From Leucoraja ocellata (lineage: Eukaryota), in assembly GCA_036785375.1 (NCBI GenBank), contig JAWMAR010000076.1, positions 7,936,001 to 8,000,000 on the forward strand: DNA of 64,000 nt, written 5' to 3'. Each line of letters begins with the position of its first letter. Position 1 is the first letter of the stretch. The position numbers were made by a program, and so were the translations under genes. This document shows positions 50,417 through 61,937 of the stretch, piece by piece. The notes below the pieces were generated by a model, which was not told where the DNA came from, made no database searches, and was given only the letters and a program-made list of their open reading frames with translations.

Positions 50417-52789
50417 GAATGCTCCATATAATTTGGTGGGTCTTTGCACAGCCATAGCCCCATTTATTTAGAATAACATAATTGATAGTGCATTTATTTC
50501 TTGTTGTAGCTGTGTGTCGGAAGCTGCAGCAAGTAAGAGTTTCACTGTTGCAGTTCATTTCTGGTTTCTTGACTCCTGGTAAAGAAGGTCTACCATATAC
50601 TTGGCATCATTGACCAGGACATTGAGTGTAAAAGCTGGCAATCATGTTGCAGCTAGCATGAAACTTTGGTTGGGCACAGTTGTTTGTGCAGTTCTGGTCA
50701 CCACATTACAGGAATGATGTGGCGGCTTTGAAGACGTTGTAGAAGATGTTTACTAGAATGCTGCCTGGGCATTAGTTATCTGGCGAGGTTGCATAAATGT
50801 GGACTGTTTTCTCTAGCGCATCCGAGGCTGAGGGGCAATCTAATGGAACATTTATAAAATTCTGAGGCAGAGTACATTTATGTCTGAGGAAACCTATTCT
50901 CTCACTAGTTACCCTCTTTCCTTTAATGTACTTTTGGACTCGAGTCATAGTGTTACACAGGACAGAAATAGGTCCTTCAGTGAAGTCTAAATTTACCAAG
51001 TTGACCACAAGATGTCCCATCTGCACTACTTCCACTGGCCCAGACTTACCCTAGATCTCTCTAAAACTTTCCTATCAATGTATCTGACCAAATGCATTCT
51101 AAATGCAGTTATTGTACTTGCCTTGACTACCTTTTCTGTCAGATCGTTCCTTATATCCACCATCCTCTGTTTGAAAACGTTGCCCCTCAGTTTTCTATTG
51201 AATCTTTCCTCTCTCGTCTATGTCCTCTGGTTCTTGATACCCCAACTATGGGTAAAAGACTGAGCATTCACACTACCTATCCCCTTCATGATCCTATAAA
51301 TCTCTATAAAATAATCCCTCGGCCTCCTGGGCTCCAAGGAATAAAGTCCTGGCCAGCCCAAACTCTTGTTATAGTTAGGGCCTTCAAGTTGTGACAACAT
51401 GTTTATACATCTCCTTTGCACACTTTCTCGCTTAACAATATTCTTACTGTAACAAATTAATTATCTTCACTATCTATGAAATCAGCCATTTTAGTGTCAC
51501 TACAAACTCACTAATCATGCCTTCTACATTCTCAGCCAAATCGTTGAAATAAACTGCACAGCAATGGGCACAGCACCGATCCCTGGAACACACCACATAG
51601 ACTTCCAGTCCGATATACAACCTATCACCATCACCCTCTGCTGCCTTCCATGAAGCCAATTTTTTATCCAGTTGATTAACTCTCCCTGGATCTCATATAA
51701 TCTAAATTCCAGAGCAGTTTACCATGAAGAACCTAATCAAATCCTATGCTGAAGTTCATATGGACATATGTAGAAACCGGCAACTGCAGATGCTGGTTTA
51801 CCAAGGAAATACACAAAATGCTAAACTAACTCCACCAATTATGCCTTTGCACTCAAAAACCTTTTTGGTTAATTCTTCAAAAATTTCAACTCAACTGAAT
51901 TTTCAAATCTTTAACTTCTAACTTCAGGTAACGTCTACAAACACTTTCCTTCCCTCTCCACTTTCTCTCCCCCCACCCTCTTAACACTCTCCCCTCCCCT
52001 TACTTCCCACTCCTTCCCCCCTTACAACAAAAGTCCTTCAACTGTTCGCAACCATGTTTCCCTTTGGGGCTGAAACCTGCTTCTATCTCTCCAACAACCT
52101 GCCTATCAGGGAACCCACTCGCCTGAGGTCATCTGTTACCGGCTGTGAATTGTCCAGCCCCCTCTTCTACTTTTTTTCGGCCTCCACCCTGCAAAAAGTC
52201 TGAAGAAGGGTCCCGATCTGAAACGTCACCTATCCATTTTTTCCAGACACTTCCTGACCTACTGAGTTACTCCAGTATTTTGTGTCTATCTTTGGTATAA
52301 ACCAGCAACTGCAATGCCTTGTTCTTTCAAACCTTTAAACTCAATTTTCTTTAATATTATCTGCCAGATGTGTCTCCTGTCCCCTTATTTCACTCCTGAT
52401 TTCCTTCTCAATCCTGCTCCTCAGTTCTCAAAACTGCTCGAGGGATGCACAATCTTTGCTGCCTATACCTGGCCCTTGCCTCCTCCTTCTTCCTGACAAC
52501 CTCAACTTCTCTCCTCATCCAAGCTTCCTAACTCCCACCTGCTTTGCCTTTCACTCCAACAGGAATTGGCAAACCCTGAACACTTTTTATCACACTTGTA
52601 AAAGCCTATGCTAAGCAACTTTAGCAAGTTCCAATCTGATACCAAAGGTCGCCTTGCCCCAATTCAGAATTGTAACTAGTGGACCAACCCTGTGGTTATC
52701 CATAACTATTTTAAAGCTAATAGACCTGTGGTCGCTGGTCCCAAAAGGCTCGCCAACTTACACTTCAGTCACTTGCTCTTCCCAATATT

Positions 52790-53163
52790 CCTAATAAAAA
52801 GCGAAAATTAATCAGAGGATTTGGTTTTGTTCCAACATTTGAATCCGAAAAATGTGTATGAACATCAGGAGTGCCTATAAGGATTGACCCTCAGAACATC
52901 TAAAACTTGCATCTGTGACCATATTCGATGCATCCAGAGAGAATGGTGAAAACTACTCTGGTGATCTGCCTACAGTTTGAGAGTAAATTTTCAGTGGTTT
53001 CCACTGCCCACTTTACCCATGACTTCCTCTTTACACTCCACGCATTTGCGATGAAACAATCGTGTGGGGAAGTTGAAGAGGACACAGTCACTTGTAATAC
53101 AGCAACGGGAACATCGGGTCAGAATGAACTAAAGTCTAATCCTTGCAAACCAAGTTTAACAAC
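52790..53163 (+). promoter_or_regulatory. Conserved upstream/promoter region of gene 2
   Basis: Inverted paralog of 24679-25060; GACTTCCTCT at 53021-53030. Confidence 0.5.
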
Positions 53164-53212
53164 ATGGCTGCACTGATATTCTCCACATTGACTCTGTTCC
53201 TCTGTGCAGTGG
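53164..53212 (+). CDS. Signal-peptide (leader) exon of paralogous gene 2: MAALIFSTLTLFLCAV(G)
   Basis: aacaacATGG...GCAGTGG|gtaagt; inverted paralog of 24630-24678. No downstream V exon seen before 64000. Confidence 0.8.
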
Positions 53213-53989
53213 GTAAGTACAGTCCCAGGATGGGTCACCCAGTCTGGGTTAGTTTCATCTGCTTTCAAGTTCAATTTACATATTGCAGTGATGTGTGTCT
53301 ACAATTTTACAGTTGAATATTTCTGTTTAAAATTGAGATGTTTTGTGTTCTTGGTTCTCTGTGAGAAGGACACTGAAGTGTACTGCTCTGGAGTTGCTAC
53401 CAAGCATGGATATCAATTTGTTTCACTGCTTTGGTAATCAAGGTTCAGAAGTCATCTGAGACTGTTCTGATTAATCTCTGAGCAAATTATTCGGCTGAAA
53501 TGTCAGAAGATAGGAAACACCTGTACATTTGCAACCCATATCTAAACGAAATGCATGATACAAATGCACAGAAGAGTGGAGATCAAACAGGCAGATGTAA
53601 TGGAGGGATGAAAAGTAATGAGATGTGTGAAGGATATATAATAACGAGAAGAGTATTTATTTTTCATATGCGGCGGAAGTGGACTGGAGCAATTAAATTC
53701 TTACTTACTAGCTTTAGGCACATTAATCTGTACAAAGTTTGTACATTCTCTGTGTGACCATGTGGGATTTCTCCGAGTGCTTTGGTTTTTTCCTACACTC
53801 CAAAAACATACACGTTTGTATATTAATTGGATTTGGTAAAATTGTAAATTGTCTCTCGTGTGTACAGGGAGGTCACTGGTTGGCGCGTACTCAGTGGGCT
53901 AAAGGGGTTGATTCCACGCTGTATCTCTATAATAAAAATTAGTCGGAACAGCAACAACAAGTGTGCCATAACTTATCTAACTAAACTAG

Positions 53990-54630
53990 ATGATGATAAA
54001 GCATTCCCGATGATAGCAGTGAGAAGAGAGATTGGGCTGGATGGTGTGTGTCTTGAACATATTAGCTGTCTTCTTGAGGCAGCCCTTCCTGTAGTTCCCT
54101 TCGATGATGTGGAGGTCAGTATCGATGATGAACTGGGCAATGTCCACTGCTTTTTGCTGCCTCCTTAATTCCTGAGCATTTAAATTTTCAAACAAGGTCA
54201 TCATCCAACTAGCTAGTAACCTGTCCACTGTACAATTGTGGAGGTTTGATAGAGTATTGGGCAACGTGCCAAATCTCCTCAAACCTCTGAGGAAATAGAA
54301 GCATTGGTGAGCATTCTTGTGATTGCACCAGTGCGCTGGGCTCAGGACACTCAGAGATGTGAAAGCCCAGGAACATGAAGCTTTTAACTCTTTTAACATG
54401 AGAATTAAAAAATGGTTTTGGAGCTGCGCTGGCTACACAGTTACGGGTATACAGAGGGTAGAGCAGGGGTTTGAACACACAGTCTTGAGGTACCCCTGTG
54501 CTGATGGTCAAGGAGGCGGAGATATTGTTGCCAATACATTCTGACTGAGGTCCGCCAATAGGGAAGTCAAGCAAGCAGTTGAATAGGGTGGAGCAGAGAC
54601 CCAGATCCCTGAGTTTGGACAGGATGATGG
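53990..54630 (-). mobile_element. Old Rex1/Babar-like LINE fragment, paralog of 22455-23345
   Basis: FPIGGPQS...GVPQDCVFKPLLYPLY; FGTLPNTLSNLH. Confidence 0.8.
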
Positions 54631-54737
54631 CGTTGAATGCTGTGCCTCAGTCAATGAACAATAGCCTGAAGTATATGTTTGCATTAAATCCAGTGTGAAG
54701 AATATCAAATCTAATGACAAAAGATTTTATAAATCTA

Positions 54738-56286
54738 CTAGACCAAGTGCAGACCCGTTGGGTCTGTTCCCCCAACGTGTGGTTGTGGGGGGGGGGGGGG
54801 GGGAGGCGGCATGCAGCGTCACACACACTAGCTATCCCCCCCCCGGCACTCACGCTAATTATCCCCCTTGATATTATATTAATATTATTATTATTTTGCT
54901 CCTTTTACTCCATAACCACTCTATCTACTGACGCATAGCCCCCATCTTGCAGTCACATCTAGACAGGTCGGGGGGGGGGGGGGCGAGGGTAGAGAGTGAG
55001 GGCAGAGAGAGAAGGGGCAGATACAGAGAGAGAGGGGAGGAGAGGGAGAGGGTGAGAGTGAGGGGGAGAGAGAGGGGGTGCTGAGAGGGGGTGGGGTGAG
55101 GGGGAGAGGTGGGGAGCAAGGAGGGGGAGGGAGGGGAGAGGGTGGAGGGAAAGGGTAGAGGGTGTGGAATGGAGGGGGTTTAGGGGAGCGAGGGCGAGGG
55201 AGGGGATGGAGGGGAGGAGGGGGAGAAAAAGAGGGGAGAGAGAGAGAGGGATGGGAGGGAGAGGAGAGGGGGGAGAGGAGAGGGGAGAGGAGGGGGAGGA
55301 GAGGGGGGAGAGGAGAGGGGAGGAGTGGAGAGGGGGGGAAGAGGAGGGGGGGCAAGAGGAGAGGGGGAGGGAGAGGAGAGGAGAGGGGGAGGTAGAGGAG
55401 GGGGGAGAGGAGGGGCATAGAAGAGGGGGGAGAGGAGGAAGGGAAGAAGAGAGGGGGAGGAGAGGGGGGAGGGGAGAGGGTAGGGAGGGGGGAGGGGAGA
55501 GGAGTGAGAGGAGAGGCGGAGAGGGGGGGAGAGGAGATAGGAGAGGAGAAAGGGGGGAGAGAGGAGAGGGGGGAAGAGGAGAAGGGGGTGAGAGGAGGGG
55601 GTGAGAGGAGGGGGAGGGAGAGGAGAGGGGGGAGAGGATAGGGGGGGTAGAGGAGCGGGCGGTAGTAGAGGGGAGGAGAGGAGAGGAGAGAGGGGGGAGA
55701 GAGGTGAGGGGGAGGAGAGTGGGTGGGGGGAGAGGAGAGGGAGGAGAGAGGAGAGGGGGAGAGAGGATGGGAGAGAGAGAGAGAGAAAGGGAGAGAGACA
55801 GGGGGGAGAGAGAGAAAGAAAGAGGGATAGGGAGAGAGAGAGAGAGAGAGAATGCCTTTTTACTCAACCCAAACCCCCCCCAAAACAACCATTTGCAGGC
55901 AGTGCTTTTTTCCTCAAACTAACCATAGCCATATTTTCATTTTCAAACCAAATTAAGGGTACTTACTCACAGCTGTGTAGACATTTGTTCAGTCATTCAG
56001 AGCTCAGACCTCCATGTTGTAGAGACTGATAGGGGCACACCACTTGCTGGTTTTATAGTCCCTCCCCCTGCCGCCAGCGGGGGCAGCAGAGAGAATGGGG
56101 AATTTTGTAAAATCATTAATATCTCTGTCATTTTTCATCAACGGGAAAAATCCTTGGCACACATATGGCGGAGGGGGACTCTGAGCAAGGTGGCCAAAAA
56201 TGATGGTCGTAGGTGGCGGCGTTCACTCAGAAATTGCAGCACAGAATGCCAAAACCGGTCAAGAACAGACTTTTAGTAATATAAGA
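54738..56286 (-). mobile_element. Non-autonomous Helitron
   Basis: Minus strand A|TCTTATATTAC...CAGACCC-AAC-GGGTCTG hairpin, 8 nt, CTAG|T; no TSD; empty site present in the paralogous arm (~22341-22380). Confidence 0.9.
54968..55852 (+). repeat. Polypurine (GA/GGA-rich) low-complexity tract inside the Helitron
   Basis: Direct reading. Confidence 0.95.
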
Positions 56287-57084
56287 TTAGGAGAGAGAAC
56301 ATTGGCCAGAGAGGAATTTTGGCCAAATAAAGAGATTCAGGCAAAAGACTGCAGAGGCAGGAAAGATAATAACACAAAAGCCAGGAACACTCAGCTGCTC
56401 AGAGCTGCGGGTGGGGAGAGAAACCTAGTTAGTTACAGGCAGATTAACATTCATCAGATTCAATAAGGTCAAACCCAGGCAAGATTTTCAAATAGATCAT
56501 GGAAATGACGGATCATGAAGAGAAATTCTGTATTCGACAACAAAAACTGACAGATTTTAACATACAGCGTAAAGAGTCATAGTCATACAGTACGGAAATG
56601 GGCCGTGTCGGAAGGAACTGCAGATACTGGTTTAAACCGAAGATAGACACAAAAAGCTGGAGTAACTCAATGGGTCAGGCAGCATCTCTGAAGAAAAGTA
56701 ATAGGTGCCATTTTGGGTCGAGACCCTTCTGCAGATTGAGAGTGTGGGGAATGGGAAACGAGAAATATAGATGGTGATATGGAGAGATGTAGAACTAGGA
56801 TCAGTCAGTGCTGACCAAGATGCCCTAACTAACCTAGTCACATTTGCCCATGTTTGTTCACATCCCTCAAACCGTTTCCTATATGTGTTTGTCCAAATGC
56901 CTTATAAATGTTGAATTGCACATGACTCAAACACTTCCTCTGGCAGCATGTTCCATGTACAAAACACCACCTACAGGCCCTTCTACTTCCTATTAAATTA
57001 TTCCCCTCTCACTTTAAACTTATGCTCTCTTGTTTTTGTTTACCCTCCCCTGGGAAAAAGACTGCATGCTTTCATCTTATCTAT

Positions 57085-57795
57085 GAAACATATAAGATTG
57101 TTGAGGGTTTGGACACGCTAGAGGCAGGAAACATGTTCCCGGTGTTGGGGGAGACCAGAACCAGGGCCACAGTTTAAGAATAATGGGTAAGTCATTTAGA
57201 ATGGAGATGAGAAAACACTTTTTCTCACAGAGACTTGTGAGTCTGTGGAATTCTCTGCCTCTGAGGGCGGTGGAGGTCGGTTTTCTGGATACTTTCAAGA
57301 GAGAGCTAGATAGGACTCTTAAAGATAGCGGAATCAGGGGATATGGGGAGAAGGCAGAAACTGTGGCCCCTGGTACTAGACTCTCCCAAAATCGGGAACA
57401 TGTTTCCTGCCTCTAGCGTGTCCAAACCCTTAAAAATTGTATATGTTTCAATAAGATCCCCACTCCTTCTAAACTCCAGAGTGTACAAGCCCAGCCGCTC
57501 TATTGTCTCAGCATGTGACAGTCCCGCCATCCCGGGAATTAACCTTGTAAACCAACGCTGCCTTCCTCAATGGCAAGAATGTCCTTCCTCAAATTAGGGG
57601 ACCAAAACTGCACACAATACTCCAGGTGTGGTCTCACTTGGGCCCTGTACAACTGCAGAAGGACCATTTGCTCCTATACACGACTCCTCTTGTTATAAAG
57701 GCCTACATGCCATTCGCTTTCTTCAATGCCTGCTATGCCTGCATGCTTACTTTCATAGACTGATGAACAAGGACCCCCAGATCCCATTGTACGAC
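57085..57795. mobile_element. CR1 3' fragments in inverted arrangement
   Basis: 57085-57357 plus and 57358-57795 minus, overlapping RT C-terminal sequence. Confidence 0.8.
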
Positions 57796-58059
57796 GGTGA
57801 TGGTGATGAAGAGATGGTGCTTTCTTGTCTATATATGTGTTGCTGATGGCTGGGCAGGCTGTGTTAATGGAGAGAGAAAAAACTAAGACAGTCACAATTG
57901 GATGACTGGCAGAAATGGAGGGCACTTGCAGAACTTGCTGCTTCTAAGCTTCAACCCTGACTGATTCTACACCTTGCTTTTCTAAGCAAATGTCCATCAT
58001 AATTGCTCCATGGGAAAGCTCATTAATAATATGGGGCTGACAGGGATGGGAGATGAAGA

Positions 58060-59492
58060 GGGAGAGAGAAAACGGGGAATTACAGACCAGTTAGTCTAAC
58101 ATCGGTAGTGGGGAAACTGCTAGAGTCAGTTATTCAAGGTGGGATAGCAGCACATTTGGAAAGTGGTGAAATCATTGCACAAAGTCAGCATGGATTTACG
58201 AAAGGTAAATCATGTCTGACGAATCTTATAGAATTTTTCGAGGATGTAACTAGTAGCGTGGATTCGGGAGAACCAGTGGATGTGTTATATCTGACCTTTC
58301 AGAAGGTTTTCGACAAGGTCCCACATAAGAGATTAGTATACAAACTTAAAGCACACGGCATTGGGGGTTCAGTATTGATGTGGATAGAGAACTGGCTGGC
58401 GTACAGGAAGCAAAGAGTAGGAGTGAACGGGTCCTTTTCAGAATGGCAGGCAGTGACTAGTGGGGTACCGCAAGGCTCAGTGCTGGGACCCCAGCTCTTT
58501 ACAATATATATTAATGATTTGGACGAGGGAATTAAATGCAACATCTCCAAGTTTGCGGATGACACGAAGCTGGAGGGCAGTGTTCGCTGTGAGGAGGATG
58601 CTAGGAGGCTGCAAGGTGACTTGGATAGGCTGGGTGAGTGGGCAAATGCATGGCAGATGTGGATAATATGGATAAATGTGAGGTTATCCACTTTGGTGGC
58701 AAATACAGGAAAGTAGACTGTTATCTGAATGGTGGCCGATTAGGAAAAGGGGAGATGCAACGAGACCTGGGTGTCATGGTACACCAGTCATTGAAAGTAG
58801 GAATGCAGGTGCAGCAGGCAGTGAAGAAAGCAAATCGTGTGTTAGCATTCAGAGCAAAAGGATTTCAGTATAGGAACAGGGAGGTTCTACTGCAGTTGTA
58901 CAGGGTCTTGGTGAGACCACACCTGGAGTATTGCGTACAGTTTAGTCTCCTAATCTGAGGAAGGACATTCTTGCCATAGAGGGAGTACAGAGAAGGTTCA
59001 CCAGACTGATTCCTGGGATGTCAGGACTTTCATATGAAGAAAGACTGGAGGGAATCGGCTTGTACTCGCTAGAATTTAGAAGATTGAGGGGGGGGGGGAT
59101 CTTATAGAAACTTACATAATTCTTAAGGGGCTGGACAGGCTAGATGCAGGAAGATTGTTCCCAATGTTGGGGAAGTCCAGAACAAGGGGTCACAGTTTAA
59201 GGATAAGGGGGAAATCTTTTAGGACCGAGATGAGAAAAACATTTTTCACACAGAGAGTGGTGAATCTCTGGAATTCTCTGCCACAGAATGTAGTTGAGGC
59301 CAGTTCATTGGCTATATTTAAGAGGGAGTTAGATGTGGCTCTTGTGGCTAAAGGGATCAGGGGATATGGAGAGAAGGCAGGTACGGGATACTGAGTTGGA
59401 TGATCAGCCATGATCATATTGAATGGCGGTGCAGGCTCCAAGGGCCGAATGGCCTACTCCTGCACTTATTTTCTATGTTTCTGTGTTTCTAT
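58060..59492 (+). mobile_element. CR1 LINE (HER1-like), RT and 3'UTR
   Basis: ORFs 58108-58716, 58638-58958, 59155-59394 with frameshifts. Confidence 0.95.
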
Positions 59493-60527
59493 GAGGACAA
59501 GAGGAACCCTATCCTTGTTCTGGTAGGATGGAAAGAGAGCAGAAGTGTGAGACTTGTCAGCAGTCACAGTCTTTTTCACAAGCTTCAGGTAAAGAGATAG
59601 CGAGCTCGGTAATATGGTGTGAAGACCGCAACTTCTCCCTCATGATCAGCAATGGTGATGAAACTTTTATCGATGTTGCCTCCATTTAATTTACTGGAAT
59701 GATTTCATCAGGTTCCGAATATGTGAGCACACAAAATATGAGGTAACTTTGCAAAATAAGAGACAGAGACGTTGCATAATTGGCAGGGTGTGTCAAATGG
59801 CAACCCTTGGTAATCCTTAGGGACCTGCACTTTCAACCAGATGGGGGAATTCAGAGTTATATATAAAAGCAGAATCAGCTGCTGCAGATCTGAATGAAAA
59901 GCCCAATATTCTGAAAATATTTGTCAGTGAGACTGCAAAAGAAATGAGAGAAACTGAGTCAATAGATCAGACAGTGACCTGATGAGGTTCAGCCATGTTC
60001 ACAGACACTACTGAATTAGGCAGTGGTGCAAGTTACCAAGACACAAACAGAGTCATTGAGTGGCCAGACTGTGGAAGATGGAATTTATTGATGGAAAATC
60101 TGTCAACATATAATTTAGATCCATCAACATCAATGCATTTTATCAAAAGGCTATTTTGTGACATTGTTAGCTGGTATATACGTATTAATTATTTAGGTAT
60201 CCCTACACCATGCCATTGTTGCCTTTACTCACGACCGACCTCAAACAACTGACTTACTTTACTGGATCTTCCAGTGTTTATTCCACAACTCCTTAGCTTC
60301 CTTGACTTCCTCCACAGTAAGTACCAATGAGAAATATTAATTTAGGATCTCATACACTGCTTAAGAATCCAAGCATAGATGAACTACATTGCTCCTTAAA
60401 TGGACATATTCTCTCCCTCTTTACTCTTTTGCTCTCCATTTACTGTACTTACAGAATCTCTTAGGATTCTCATTTACTTACCTGCCAAAGCTATCCCATG
60501 TCCTCTTCTTGACCTCTAAATTCCCTC

Positions 60528-60920
60528 TTAGAAACATAGAAAATAGGTGGAGGAGGAGGCCATTCGGCCCTTCGAATCAGCACCTCCATTAATTGTGATC
60601 ATGGCTGATCGTCCCCTATCAATAACCCGTGCCTGCCTTCTCCCCACATCCCTTGACTCCACTAGCCTCTAGAGCTCTATCTCACTCTCTCTTAAATCCA
60701 TCCAGTGACTTGGCCTCCACTGGCAGGGAATTCCATAAATTCACAACTCTCTGGGTGAAAACGTTTTTTCTCACCTCAGTCTTAAATGGCCTCTCCATTA
60801 TTCTAAGACTGTGGCCCCTGGTTCTGGACTCGCCCAATATTGGGAACATTTTTCCTGCATCTAGCTTGTCCAGTCCTTTTATAATTGTATATGTTTCTAT
60901 AAGATCCCCCCTCATCTGAC
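60528..60920 (-). mobile_element. CR1 3' fragment
   Basis: RGDLIETY...TRGHSL. Confidence 0.85.
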
Positions 60921-61462
60921 TAAACTCTTGTGTACTTTAAGGACAAACTCATCAAGGGATTTGCTTAATCCCAAACTAACCACAATTCCTGCACATTGTA
61001 GGTGTCCCTCTATTCCCTGCCTGTTGATATGTCTTTCTGAATTCCTCTGAAACATTCTCTCATATCTGCTTTCACCACTTACTTCAGCAGAACCACTCTG
61101 TGTAAAAAAATAACCTTGTAAAGCTCCTTTAAATTTTCACCCTCTCACCCTTAAAGCTTTGTAGAATAGAATGTCTTTTATTGTCATTCAAACAGACAAG
61201 GTTTGAACAAAATTTAATTCCTATGAAATTCCTAAGTTATGACATTACAAAAAAAAACACACACTTAACACAATTTACACAAACATCCATCACAGTGAAT
61301 CTCCAACAGCTCCTCGCTGTGATGGAAGGCAAAAGTCTTATCTCTTCCTATGGTAGACAAAATTGCTGGAGAAACTCAGCGGGTGCGGCAGCATCTGTGG
61401 AGCGAAGGAAATAAACAACATTTCGGGCCGAAACCCTTCTACGGACTTATCTTCCCTTTATT

Positions 61463-61937
61463 TAGAAACATAGAAAATAGACGCAGGAATAATCCATTCA
61501 GCCCTTCGAGCCTGCACCGCCATTTGATATGATCATGGCTGATCATCCAACTCAGTATCCCATCCCTGCCTTCTCTCCATACCCCCTGATCCCTTTAGCC
61601 ACAAGGGCCACATCTAACTCCCTCTTAAATATAGCCAATGAACTGGCCTCAACTACCTTCTGTGGCAGAGAATTCCACAGATTCACCACCCTCTGTGTAA
61701 AAAATGATTTCCTCATCTCGGTCCTAAAAGTTTTCCCTCTTATCCTTAAACTGTGACCCCTAGTTCTGGACTTCCCCAACATCGGGAATAATCTTCCTGC
61801 ATCTAGCCTGTCCAACCCCTTAAGAATTTGTAAGTTTCTATAAGATCCCCCCTCAGTCTTCTGAATTGCAACGTGTACAAGCTGAGTCTATCCAGTCTTT
61901 CCTCATATGAAAGTCCTGCCATCCCAGGAATCAGTCT
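61463..61937 (-). mobile_element. CR1 3' fragment
   Basis: LDAGRLFPMLGKSRTRGHSL; 3'UTR. Confidence 0.88.

Larger units (their letters stand above)
51840..57085. repeat. Inverted segmental duplication, right arm
   Basis: Matches the left arm; interrupted by an arm-specific Helitron. Confidence 0.9.

Noticed and set aside
54921-56029. Long Pro/Ser/Leu or Gly/Arg/Glu ORFs
   Set aside because: Artefacts of the polypurine tract.
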